A DNA stretch of 64,000 nucleotides from a virus: the IMG/VR virus record IMGVR_UViG_3300043137_000327, positions 1 to 64,000 of that record; one strand, written 5' to 3'. Position 1 is the stretch's first letter, and each line of letters starts with the position of its first letter. The position numbers and the translations under genes were made by a program. The notes under the pieces are model-generated. The model was not told the DNA's origin and made no database searches. It saw nothing but the letters and a program-made list of their open reading frames with translations. Of this stretch, positions 7,225-15,832 are shown one piece after another.

Positions 7225-7653
7225 ATGAACGTAAAGCAGGCCTTAAAGGCAAAAAACAAATTGGTTGCAGATTTGAAAGCTCAATATGAGATTTTGAAAA
7301 AGTATAATTCAATAGAAGAAGGAAATCCTCGTAGATATTCAATGGCAGAAGCATTGGATAAGGTTACTGAATTGACAAATGAGTTGGTTCAATTGAAAGC
7401 CGAATTGCATAGAGCAAACCAACCGGTGTATGATAAAATCTTCGCATTGGCTGAATTGAAAGGTTTGGTAAAGGAATTAAAGAAAGTTCCAACGGATGAA
7501 GGAAAGCAAGACTCCCGATATGGAAGTGTTGTTTCAGTAAAAGAAGTAGAATTATCAATTGTAGATATCCAAAAAAAAGTGGATATTCTAAATGTAAAAA
7601 TTGAGCAGTTGCAAGATGAATTGGATGTTCATAACGCAACAACTCAAATCTAA
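7225..7653 (+). CDS. hypothetical coiled-coil protein
   Basis: ORF 7195..7653 trimmed to the ATG at 7225 (MNVKQ...) because 7195 lies in the -7 element. Heptad-rich K/E/L sequence. Confidence 0.45.
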   Translation: MNVKQALKAKNKLVADLKAQYEILKKYNSIEEGNPRRYSMAEALDKVTELTNELVQLKAELHRANQPVYDKIFALAELKGLVKELKKVPTDEGKQDSRYGSVVSVKEVELSIVDIQKKVDILNVKIEQLQDELDVHNATTQI

Positions 7654-7836
7654 AAATATTGAGTGAGTGGGGTTTGAAACCATTTATTTAGTTTATTCTT
7701 ACAATTCTACTATGACACCAAATAGCGGATGAACGAATAAGATAATGAATAATTAACAAACTTCAAAAATATTAGGGTCTCTTGTCGCGTGATATCAATA
7801 AATTCAAACCTCGCTGAACCTGGATAACCTTTATAT

Positions 7837-8118
7837 TTGGAATCATTCCCCATAAACTCATTTTTATTAAAAGTAAAATTAAAAGTTATGTTTTGGACTT
7901 ATTACGCAATTTGCGTTATCTATTGTTTCTATCAACTATTCACAAAATATCAAAATAGATATAATGAAGGTATGATTGGATTATCACCTGGCTTAGATTC
8001 TATTATGGTGGTGATGATGGCTTGGGTATTAGCGCCTATCGATGTATCCCTAACTTGGATTCGTTGGTATAAAGAAGCTGAAGAAGCTCGTAGAAGAAAT
8101 GATAAAAAAATATTATAA
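7837..8118 (+). CDS. hypothetical membrane protein
   Basis: 93-aa ORF with two hydrophobic segments. Confidence 0.4.
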   Translation: MESFPINSFLLKVKLKVMFWTYYAICVIYCFYQLFTKYQNRYNEGMIGLSPGLDSIMVVMMAWVLAPIDVSLTWIRWYKEAEEARRRNDKKIL

Positions 8119-8142
8119 TATATACATATAGTTGTATATAAC

Positions 8143-8228
8143 GGAAGGATGGCAGAGTTGGTCTATCGCGCTTGACTTGAAATCAAGTGTACTGAAAGGT
8201 ACCGTGGGTTCGAATCCTACTCCTTCCG
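8143..8228 (+). tRNA. tRNA-Ser (anticodon TGA), class II
   Basis: Acceptor ggaagga/tccttcc (perfect), anticodon stem cttga/tcaag with loop ctTGAaa, long variable arm, T-arm gtggg-TTCGAAT-cctac, discriminator G. Confidence 0.6.
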
Positions 8229-8434
8229 CAAAAATAAATTGTAGTGTGTTGGAAAATGATTTGTACGTGTGCAAATCTGGCAGACAAGCCCTCCTGTCTC
8301 GGGGGTGATGAGTACGAAATAGGTTAGTAATATGGGGTAGACCACCAAGCCGGCCGGCGGATGTTACTAACTGAATCGCATCGTGGATGGTTCGAATCCT
8401 CCCATTACAGCTAAATCTTTATCTTATCATCATT

Positions 8435-8644
8435 ATGGGACGCCGCTCACCGAATAGCCGGAAATCTTTAGTAGCTGTATTTATAGCTAATATTTTAACT
8501 AAATCAATTTTTAATAAGAAAAAAAAATATCCTACTTACAATAAAGTAGATACTTTTCTAAATTGGGAAGAAGATGCTCATAAACGAGCGGCAGCAGGTA
8601 GAGATGGATGGGATGAAGATTGGTATCCACATGAAACGTTATAA
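8435..8644 (+). CDS. hypothetical protein
   Basis: ORF 8387..8644 trimmed to the internal ATG 8435, because the 5' part overlaps a T-arm-like RNA motif (ggttcgaatcc at 8389-8399). Confidence 0.25.
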   Translation: MGRRSPNSRKSLVAVFIANILTKSIFNKKKKYPTYNKVDTFLNWEEDAHKRAAAGRDGWDEDWYPHETL

Positions 8645-8653
8645 ATATAATAT

Positions 8654-8833
8654 ATGGAAGTTGAACAATTTACAATCATTAAAAACTTATTGGAAGAGAT
8701 TAGAGATGCTATAAAAGAGCAACAATCCAATCAGCAACCAACGACTAAGATTACAGTGGTTGGTAATAAACCACAAACTAATTCACCAATTAAAGCAAAA
8801 GGATTCAATCCAACTGAAGATTTTGAGTTTTAA
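8654..8833 (+). CDS. hypothetical small protein (59 aa)
   Basis: Unannotated short ORF MEVEQFTIIKNLLEEIRDAIKEQQ... filling the gap between 8644 and 8863. Confidence 0.3.
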   Translation: MEVEQFTIIKNLLEEIRDAIKEQQSNQQPTTKITVVGNKPQTNSPIKAKGFNPTEDFEF

Positions 8834-8862
8834 TTTATATTTATACCAAAGATAATATACAA

Positions 8863-9612
8863 ATGATAAAAGCAGGAAGATACGATTTAAACGAAGCATC
8901 GTTAGGTAGAATATATCAGCACGTTGTTTCTAATCCTAAAATGAAAAATTGGGGAGTCGTAACAGCAAGTAGAGGTGAATTAACATCTGCTGAAAATAAG
9001 CAACGAAACAAAGAATTAGAAGCTGATTTGCGTAAAATGGGATATGGATTTGTTCACGTAGATGGTATGTGGCAAGAATGTAGAAAGCCTGATACCGAAT
9101 ATAAGGATTGTCCGGATGATATGAAAGTTCCAACGCAAGAGAAATCGTTATTCATACCTAATATATCAAAAGAAGATGTTCAATCATTGGGTAAGAAGTA
9201 TGAGCAAGATAGTGTATTATTTGCAGATGAAGAAACTAAAGCAAAAGGTGAGGCAACATTCATCGATTCAAAATCAGGTGAAGCATTTAATATTGGAAAG
9301 TTCTCACCTGGAAAAGTAGCACAAGGATATAGTAAATTGAAAGGTGGGCAAGTATTTACATTTGAACCAAAAGATGAACCACAAAAAGTTGATGAACCAA
9401 AAGTTCAAACAAAAGCTGAGCCGGGTTCTCAAAAGATGGTAGCAAATCCGACACAATTGAAATCACTTTTACCAAAAGGTATAGCTGATAAGATGGTTAA
9501 GAACCCTGAAACGGGCAAAATGATTAAAGTAAAATCCGCTTTGAAGTATGATAAAGAATCGCCAGTATATAAAGCAACTGTTGCTATGGTTAAACAGGCT
9601 TCAAAAAAGTAG
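8863..9612 (+). CDS. hypothetical protein with Lys-rich C-terminus
   Basis: 249-aa ORF followed by a terminator. Confidence 0.5.
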   Translation: MIKAGRYDLNEASLGRIYQHVVSNPKMKNWGVVTASRGELTSAENKQRNKELEADLRKMGYGFVHVDGMWQECRKPDTEYKDCPDDMKVPTQEKSLFIPNISKEDVQSLGKKYEQDSVLFADEETKAKGEATFIDSKSGEAFNIGKFSPGKVAQGYSKLKGGQVFTFEPKDEPQKVDEPKVQTKAEPGSQKMVANPTQLKSLLPKGIADKMVKNPETGKMIKVKSALKYDKESPVYKATVAMVKQASKK

Positions 9613-9637
9613 TATTTCATAACTAATTGATAATCAA

Positions 9638-9664
9638 AGACTTACATATGTAGGTCTTTTTTTA
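9638..9664 (+). terminator. Rho-independent terminator (agacttac-atat-gtaggtct + T7)
   Basis: 8-bp stem (one GU), a 4-nt loop, then TTTTTTT at 9657-9663. Confidence 0.7.
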
Positions 9665-9712
9665 TGCCTAATGTGTTGATAATCAATACATTAAAAAATA
9701 TTTTAATAAATG

Positions 9713-9744
9713 TTTGGCAATACCGATTATTTTTCGTATATTGT
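9713..9744 (+). promoter_or_regulatory. Bacteroidetes-type promoter, class A
   Basis: TTTGGCAATACCGATTATTTTTCGTATATTGT. TTTG 9713-9716, TATATTGT 9737-9744. Confidence 0.6.
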
Positions 9745-9771
9745 ATAACAATTGAGAGTTAAACTATAAAA

Positions 9772-11946
9772 ATGAGTAATATGAGTTATCTATCCAAATT
9801 TAGTTCCAACAAAAAATCTAAAGTATCATCCGCATCATCCTTTTGGGCTGATGAATGGAGTAACTATGATGACGAAATGTTTACCGAATCTTACTATGAT
9901 GCTGAAACGGATTCATTTCAAACAAAAAAGTTATCATCTTCACAATCATCGACTGTGGAAATGTTAAGGTTATCGGCTCACCGAAGAGCAATTGGTAACT
10001 TTGTTAATATCTTAACCAACAAAAATATCCCTGTTAAGTTTTACAAAAAAGGTGATTCTTATACTGATGGTAAATCGGTAGTATTATCAGCCGAAGTTAA
10101 GCCAGAGAAATTTGATGTGGCGGTTGGATTAGCATTGCACGAAGCATCTCACATTAATTTAACAAATTTCGATACCTTTAGTAATTATTCAGTTCCTCAA
10201 AGTTTGAGAGAATTGTTTGAAGTAAAGGGAGTTTACAATGGGGAGGTTTGGCAGTTAATTAAGAACCTTACCAATTGGATTGAAGATAGACGTATTGACC
10301 AATACATCTTCAATACTTGTCCAGGTTATAGAGATTACTATCGTGCTTTATACGATGAATACTTTAATGATAAAGTAATTGATAAGGGTATTGTTTCCGA
10401 TGAATTTACTGATGAAACAATTGATTCATATATGTTCCGTGTTATCAATCTTACAAACCCTAACACTGTTTTAAACAAACTTAAAGGTTTGGCTAAGATT
10501 TATTCATTGGTTGAACTTAAAAACATTAGTAGATTAAAATCAACTTATGATAGTTTATTGGTAGCTGAGCAAATCGCTGAAATCATTGGTTTAGCAATTG
10601 ACCCGCTTCCACAATCACAACCAAAACCACAAGATGGTGGACAAGGTGAGCAAGATAAAGATGGTGAACCACAACAAACCGAAGGTAGTGGTGGTGAAGG
10701 TGGTGAAAGTGAGCAAAATGAGATTGACAATGATGCTTCAGATGATGAACAATCTCCTTCAACAGGCGGTGGTTCTATGAAAAATCAACCAAATATGAAT
10801 GGTAGTGAATCGGATGAAGATAGTAATTCTGAAGCTGATGGTGATAAAGATGATGCCAATGGTAAAGCTAAAGAAACATTATCTGATAATGTTAAGAAGC
10901 AACTTGACAAAAAGATTCAGAATCAGAAAGACTTTATCAATAACCAAATCAAAAAGAAAGCAATTACTAAGAAAGATAATCAGTTGCTTGATTCTGTTGA
11001 AAAAAGTGGTACTGAAATGGTTAGTGTGGGTGGAGAAGTTCAAACTAATGGTGTGTTCCTTAAAGGTACACAATGTATTGTATCAAAACGTATGACCGAA
11101 GAGTTGATGAAAGATTACGCTTTCCCATTCGCTGATTGGAGTACATATGGTGGCGAAGGTAAGTTCTACTCATACAATGAGGCAACTTTAAGAAAGGGTA
11201 TTCAATTGGGTACGTTGTTAGGTAAACGTTTGGCAATTCGTAGTGAAGAGCGTGTTACTGATAATCCCCGCCAAAAGAGTGGTAAGATTGACCGTAGATT
11301 GATTGCCGGACTTGGTTATGATTATGTAAATGTATTCAGTACTAAGGATGTAGATAAATTTAAGAAAGCTAACTTACATATCAGTTTAGATGGTAGTGGT
11401 TCTATGAGTGGTGGTACTTGGGATAAGGCACTTACAACTACAATCGCTATTTGTAAAGCAGCATCGATGGTTTCTAACTTAGATGTTCAGGTTACAATTA
11501 GAGGTATATGGGGTACGAAAGCTTACATCTGCCAGGCATATGATAGTAGAGTTGATAAGTTTGATAAAGTGAAACGTTTGTTCCCTGCACTTAGAGCTAA
11601 TGGTACAACGCCTGAAGGTTTATGTTACGAAGCAACTATGAAATACTTTGTTCCTACTACCAAAGATGTGGATTCATACTTCTTAAACATATGTGATGGT
11701 GAGCCAAACTTTAGTGAAGATGGTACTAACTATTATGGTGATGTTGCCGTACTACATACTCGTAAGATGGTTAAGAAAATTAAAGAGCAGGGTGTTAGAG
11801 TGATGGCTTATTTCGTATCTGATTACGACTCCGACTCATCAAAACGTAAATTCAAAACGATGTATGGTGAAGATAGCCGTTTTATTAACATTAACGATAT
11901 CATGCCAATCACTAAGACTTTGAATGAATTATTCCTTACTAAGTAG
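9772..11946 (+). CDS. VWA-domain protein, CobT-like (acidic central low-complexity region plus C-terminal von Willebrand A / MIDAS)
   Basis: 724-aa ORF. Asp/Glu/Gly/Ser-rich segment (about aa 280-370). MIDAS motif DGSGSMSGGTWDKALTTT (DxSxS). Immediately upstream of a MoxR-type AAA+ ATPase. Confidence 0.6.
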   Translation: MSNMSYLSKFSSNKKSKVSSASSFWADEWSNYDDEMFTESYYDAETDSFQTKKLSSSQSSTVEMLRLSAHRRAIGNFVNILTNKNIPVKFYKKGDSYTDGKSVVLSAEVKPEKFDVAVGLALHEASHINLTNFDTFSNYSVPQSLRELFEVKGVYNGEVWQLIKNLTNWIEDRRIDQYIFNTCPGYRDYYRALYDEYFNDKVIDKGIVSDEFTDETIDSYMFRVINLTNPNTVLNKLKGLAKIYSLVELKNISRLKSTYDSLLVAEQIAEIIGLAIDPLPQSQPKPQDGGQGEQDKDGEPQQTEGSGGEGGESEQNEIDNDASDDEQSPSTGGGSMKNQPNMNGSESDEDSNSEADGDKDDANGKAKETLSDNVKKQLDKKIQNQKDFINNQIKKKAITKKDNQLLDSVEKSGTEMVSVGGEVQTNGVFLKGTQCIVSKRMTEELMKDYAFPFADWSTYGGEGKFYSYNEATLRKGIQLGTLLGKRLAIRSEERVTDNPRQKSGKIDRRLIAGLGYDYVNVFSTKDVDKFKKANLHISLDGSGSMSGGTWDKALTTTIAICKAASMVSNLDVQVTIRGIWGTKAYICQAYDSRVDKFDKVKRLFPALRANGTTPEGLCYEATMKYFVPTTKDVDSYFLNICDGEPNFSEDGTNYYGDVAVLHTRKMVKKIKEQGVRVMAYFVSDYDSDSSKRKFKTMYGEDSRFININDIMPITKTLNELFLTK

Positions 11947-11953
11947 TAAAAAA

Positions 11954-11999
11954 CAATGGGTTCATAACGTGTTGATAATCAATAAGTTATGACCCATTG
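11954..11999 (+). repeat. long imperfect hairpin (caatgggttcataac / gttatgacccattg) enclosing the GTGTTGATAATCAAT motif
   Basis: About 14-bp inverted repeat directly after the CobT-like stop. There is no T-run, so it is probably a structured or regulatory element rather than a classical terminator. Confidence 0.45.
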
Positions 12000-12156
12000 A
12001 TTATCAATGAGTTACACATCTAAACTATACTAATATGAAGAATGGAATACTGACCTTATTGGGTAATTATAATCGATTCCTGCCGGGTTTATGTGAGAAT
12101 TTGACCCCTTATTTATGGTATATTTCTGAAATATTTTTAAAATAATTGATAATATA

Positions 12157-12188
12157 TTTGGCAATACCGATTATATTTCGTATATTTA
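12157..12188 (+). promoter_or_regulatory. Bacteroidetes-type promoter, class A
   Basis: TTTGGCAATACCGATTATATTTCGTATATTTA. TTTG 12157-12160, TATATTTA 12181-12188. Confidence 0.6.
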
Positions 12189-12238
12189 CTATGTAATAAC
12201 AATGAGAGTTATTATTAATCCTTTAAAAAAATAGAGTT

Positions 12239-13462
12239 ATGAGAAATTCAAAAAAAGAAGTGTTAGTAGGTTACACTAATGAAATCTACAAAGTTGAGAA
12301 TGTTGGTAATCGTTTTAACTTAGTTAATACGGCCGGTGAAGTAGAAACCGATTCTACAATCGTTTCATCTTTCCTTAGAAAGAAAGCAAACAAAAGTGGT
12401 TCAGCTATCCGTTCCCACATCAATAAAAACGGACAGAAATCGTTTCGTATGGTTGATATGAATCAATATACGGAAATGTTGGTTAAACCAATCAACACCG
12501 CAATCGCTGAGACTGTGGTTGAAAATCCAACCGACCATACGGCAGTTATCGATTTTATCCACAAAGATGGTATCTCCCTTAAACCTAAGAATCTTATTAT
12601 GACTGAATTGAAGTGGAAATACTTACTTCGTTCAGCAGTTAGAGCAAAAAATATTATGATGACTGGACCTGCAGGTAGTGGTAAAACTATGGCAGCTAAA
12701 GCATTAGTTGAAGCTCTTAATCGCCCGTTCTTCTACTTTAACTTAGGAGCAACGCAAGACCCCAGAGCATCACTTATTGGTAATACTCACTTCAGTAAAG
12801 CTGATGGTACTTACTTCAACGAATCAGCATTCGTTAAAGCTATTAAGACTCCGTATTCAGTTATCTTATTGGATGAGTTATCCCGTTCACATCCCGAAGC
12901 ATGGAATATCTTAATGACTGTGTTAGACCAAACCCAACGTTACTTACGTTTGGATGAGGCTGTTGATTCACCAATCGTTAAAGTAGCCGAAGGTGTTACC
13001 TTTATCGCTACCGCTAACATCGGTAATGAATTTACATCGACACGTGTTCTTGACCGTGCATTGGTTGACCGTTTCGTAACGATTGAGGTTGATGTGTTGA
13101 ACGCTGAGCAAGAGCTTGAATTACTTACTATGTTGTATCCCGATACAAACGCTGAGGACTTAAGAGCAATTGCCGAAATCACTCATCACACTCGTGAGCA
13201 AATCAAATCCGATGTGGGTAAAATTAGCACAGCAGTATCGACTCGTACTTCGGTAGAGATGGCTGGATTGATTTACGATGGGTTCAACTTAATCGAAGCA
13301 GCTGAAGTTGCTATCTTCCCAATGTATTCGCAAGATGGTGGTATGGATTCAGAACGTACTTACATCAAACAATTAGTTCAAAAGTATGTAAGAGCTGAAG
13401 ATAATTCAGGCTTATATGATAACGTTGTGGAAGAACCACAAAAGGATGAAATTGTTTGGTAA
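12239..13462 (+). CDS. MoxR-family AAA+ ATPase, CobS-like
   Basis: 407-aa ORF. Walker A MMTGPAGSGKTMAAKAL, Walker B ILLDELSRSHPEAWN, sensor region ATANIGNEF. Partner of the upstream VWA protein. Confidence 0.7.
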   Translation: MRNSKKEVLVGYTNEIYKVENVGNRFNLVNTAGEVETDSTIVSSFLRKKANKSGSAIRSHINKNGQKSFRMVDMNQYTEMLVKPINTAIAETVVENPTDHTAVIDFIHKDGISLKPKNLIMTELKWKYLLRSAVRAKNIMMTGPAGSGKTMAAKALVEALNRPFFYFNLGATQDPRASLIGNTHFSKADGTYFNESAFVKAIKTPYSVILLDELSRSHPEAWNILMTVLDQTQRYLRLDEAVDSPIVKVAEGVTFIATANIGNEFTSTRVLDRALVDRFVTIEVDVLNAEQELELLTMLYPDTNAEDLRAIAEITHHTREQIKSDVGKISTAVSTRTSVEMAGLIYDGFNLIEAAEVAIFPMYSQDGGMDSERTYIKQLVQKYVRAEDNSGLYDNVVEEPQKDEIVW

Positions 13463-13519
13463 AAATATAAGGGGTGGTATTACTCATAACTCATACTCAT
13501 AACTCTCCCACCCCGGTTG

Positions 13520-13556
13520 CATAGACCCCACTTTTAGTGGGGTTCTATGTTTTTTT
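13520..13556 (+). terminator. Rho-independent terminator (catagaccccac / gtggggttctatg + T7), second of a tandem pair
   Basis: 12-13-bp stem followed by TTTTTTT. Preceded by a weaker hairpin, gggtgg...ccaccc (13470-13514), whose loop carries ctcataa/ctcatac mini-repeats. Confidence 0.75.
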
Positions 13557-13593
13557 GAGTATAAAAATTTAATAACATTTAAAAATATAAATT

Positions 13594-13836
13594 ATGCCGT
13601 ATTTTGAAACAAACCCAGATGAAATTGAAGTTGATGTTAATGACTTTTTATCAGCATGTTCGAATAGTGAAATTAAAGATTTAGTTCAAGCCCTTAAAGA
13701 AGATGGGCATTTAGATGAGAGTGATGATGCTAACGATTTTGATATCTCTGTTCGTAAATTATTAGGTAATAGTTGGAGATTATCCAAAGAAGATGAGCAA
13801 ACAATTTTAAACATAACCAAAAAAATTATACTATAA
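13594..13836 (+). CDS. hypothetical acidic protein
   Basis: 80-aa ORF. Confidence 0.4.
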   Translation: MPYFETNPDEIEVDVNDFLSACSNSEIKDLVQALKEDGHLDESDDANDFDISVRKLLGNSWRLSKEDEQTILNITKKIIL

Positions 13837-14000
13837 TGGCACAACTAAAAGAATCAAAAACGAATTGGCATTTTCGAATTAGTGTAGTTAAATCTGCATT
13901 ACGAATTTGCGCTGGTATTGCATTATGTAAATCCGATATTTGGGTAGCAGGTGTGTTATTCATTGTAGCTGAAATATTGGGAATTGTTGAAGAACTTTAA
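13836..14000 (+). CDS. small membrane protein (54 aa, one TM helix)
   Basis: Unannotated ORF MAQLKESKTNWHFRISVVKSALRICAGIALCKSDIWVAGVLFIVAEILGIVEEL. Its ATG overlaps the previous stop (ATAATG). Confidence 0.35.
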   Translation: MAQLKESKTNWHFRISVVKSALRICAGIALCKSDIWVAGVLFIVAEILGIVEEL

Positions 14001-14089
14001 ACTCATAAATTATGATGCATAGTAGTCAAATTCCTATGGAAGTTATCGTAGGAATGCCAAACGGATTAGAATTATTCTATTTAAATTAA

Positions 14090-14120
14090 TTGGTAAATTA
14101 AAAATAAATTCGTATATTTG
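14090..14120 (+). promoter_or_regulatory. Bacteroidetes-type promoter (TTGG...TATATTTG) giving a near-leaderless transcript
   Basis: TTGG 14090-14093, TATATTTG 14113-14120. The ATG at 14125 is only about 5 nt downstream. Confidence 0.45.
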
Positions 14121-14124
14121 AATT

Positions 14125-14403
14125 ATGGAAAAAATTAAACAATACAAAAAACAAATCGTTACCTTTATTACAATATTTTTATTGGCAACGTATGGTATAT
14201 TCCCAGCATTAACAGCCGCTAATACCTTGCTAAATATATTAGGAGGTATAGGAGCATTATTATTTTTATTATGGGGAGGATTATCTCTATATGATTATGT
14301 TAAGAGTTCAAATGGAAATCCATATCCATCGCAGGTGGATGAAACTATAACAGAATCTCCAATTGTAAAACCAAAACGTAAGTACACTAAAAAAACAAAG
14401 TAA
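14125..14403 (+). CDS. hypothetical membrane protein
   Basis: 92-aa ORF with two predicted TM helices and a basic C-terminus. Confidence 0.45.
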   Translation: MEKIKQYKKQIVTFITIFLLATYGIFPALTAANTLLNILGGIGALLFLLWGGLSLYDYVKSSNGNPYPSQVDETITESPIVKPKRKYTKKTK

Positions 14404-14404
14404 T

Positions 14405-15328
14405 ATGGCGTATGATATGCAAGATGTTTGGGCACAAAGACAGGCTGAAATCGAAAGAGAACGAGAACAATTAAAAGTAGAACAACAATTAAAAATTAAA
14501 CAAATGATTAAGAAAATTTTAGTAGGTATTGGAGCATTTATCGGATTAGTAGTATTATTTAATTCGTGTGAAAGAATTGATGCAGGACACGTTGGTGTTA
14601 AGGTCAATCAGTATGGTGATAATAAAGGTGTAGATGATGTAGTAGCAGTTACAGGTATGGTATTTTATAATCCACTTACAACTGCCATTTATGAGTTCCC
14701 TACATTTATTCAACATAAGGAATACAAAGGAGAGAATTCATTCATCGTAAATAGTAAGGATGGTTCGGAATTTAATGTATCACCTATTATGAACTATTCA
14801 GTACAAAGGGATAAAGTACCGGCAATCTTTAGTAAGTATCGTAGACCTTTGGAAGATATCGAAGAAGGATTCTTAAAGACCGCAGTGTATGATGCATTCA
14901 GATTAGCAACTAACAAATATACGGCTGATGAATTGATTAGTAATAGAGCAGTATTTGAAATCGAAGTTCGTAGATTATTAGATGGGCAGTTATTAAAGGA
15001 GGGATTTGTAATCAATCAGTTCACATCGAATTTGATTTACCCTGAAACCTTTAAGAAATCTATTGAGGCTAAGAACAACGCAGTTCAGGCAGCATTGAGA
15101 GCAGAGAACGAAGTTAAAACGGCTGAAGCACAAGCGAAGATTAAAGTAGCAACCGCAGAAGGTAATGCACAGGCGATGTTAACATCAGCAAAAGCTGAAG
15201 CTGAATCAAATAGAATGAAGCAACAAACCCTAACACCATTGTTATTACAATTGGAGTACATCAACAAATGGGATGGTAAGTTGCCAGTTTATGGTGAAGT
15301 ACCACAAATGTTTAAGAACATTAAATAA
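14405..15328 (+). CDS. SPFH/band-7 (prohibitin/HflK-like) membrane protein
   Basis: 307-aa ORF with an N-terminal TM helix. The C-terminal Ala/Glu-rich coiled segment AALRAENEVKTAEAQAKIKVATAEGNAQAMLTSAKAEAESNRMKQ is typical of SPFH-domain proteins. Confidence 0.65.
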   Translation: MAYDMQDVWAQRQAEIEREREQLKVEQQLKIKQMIKKILVGIGAFIGLVVLFNSCERIDAGHVGVKVNQYGDNKGVDDVVAVTGMVFYNPLTTAIYEFPTFIQHKEYKGENSFIVNSKDGSEFNVSPIMNYSVQRDKVPAIFSKYRRPLEDIEEGFLKTAVYDAFRLATNKYTADELISNRAVFEIEVRRLLDGQLLKEGFVINQFTSNLIYPETFKKSIEAKNNAVQAALRAENEVKTAEAQAKIKVATAEGNAQAMLTSAKAEAESNRMKQQTLTPLLLQLEYINKWDGKLPVYGEVPQMFKNIK

Positions 15329-15371
15329 GATAGTTTGGAATGGAGTAGGGGTTCGATTCCCCTACTATCTT
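15327..15371 (+). ncRNA. tRNA-like acceptor/T-arm minihelix (no D or anticodon arms)
   Basis: aagata...tatctt outer stem enclosing gtagggg-TTCGATT-cccctac (7-bp stem, canonical T-loop). Starts at the SPFH stop codon. Confidence 0.4.
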
Positions 15372-15394
15372 CAATAACATAAAATTTAAAACAA

Positions 15395-15655
15395 ATGAAA
15401 ACATTTAAAGACTTAGAGTTCAAAGAGTTGGATTCGTTCTATAACGGAGTTCAATGTATTGTTAATTTCGAAAATGGATATGGTGCATCTATTGTGAAGC
15501 ATGATTATTCATATGGAGGTAAGGATGGATTATATGAATTAGCAGTATTGAAATCCGATGGAATTACATACGATACGCCGATTACGGATGATGTATTAGG
15601 GTATCTATCACCCAATGAAGTAACTGAAGTTTTAATCAAAATACAACAATTATAA
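15395..15655 (+). CDS. hypothetical protein
   Basis: 86-aa ORF. Confidence 0.4.
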   Translation: MKTFKDLEFKELDSFYNGVQCIVNFENGYGASIVKHDYSYGGKDGLYELAVLKSDGITYDTPITDDVLGYLSPNEVTEVLIKIQQL

Positions 15656-15656
15656 T

Positions 15657-15830
15657 ATGAAAAAATTTAGCATAAGTGAAATTCTTATAGTAGCAGTTTG
15701 TGTAGTGTGTATATTCGTAAGTGAATATATCTACTTAGTTCAGAATAACGTATTAAAGGCAATTTTTATTGGATTATGGCCTCCAACAATATTGGGATTA
15801 ATTAATTTTATTAACATTAAAAGAAAGTAA
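15657..15830 (+). CDS. small membrane protein (57 aa)
   Basis: Unannotated ORF MKKFSISEILIVAVCVVCIFVSEYIYLVQNNVLKAIFIGLWPPTILGLINFINIKRK between two called ORFs. Confidence 0.35.
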   Translation: MKKFSISEILIVAVCVVCIFVSEYIYLVQNNVLKAIFIGLWPPTILGLINFINIKRK

Positions 15831-15832
15831 AA

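Noticed and set aside
8387-8434. N-terminal 16 codons of ORF 8387..8644
   Set aside because: This stretch overlaps a T-arm-like RNA motif and has an implausible, highly hydrophobic low-complexity N-terminus. The start was moved to 8435.
11954-11999. The hairpin after the CobT-like gene as a classical intrinsic terminator
   Set aside because: It has a long stem but no downstream T-run. It also contains the putative operator motif, so it was kept as a regulatory or structured element instead.
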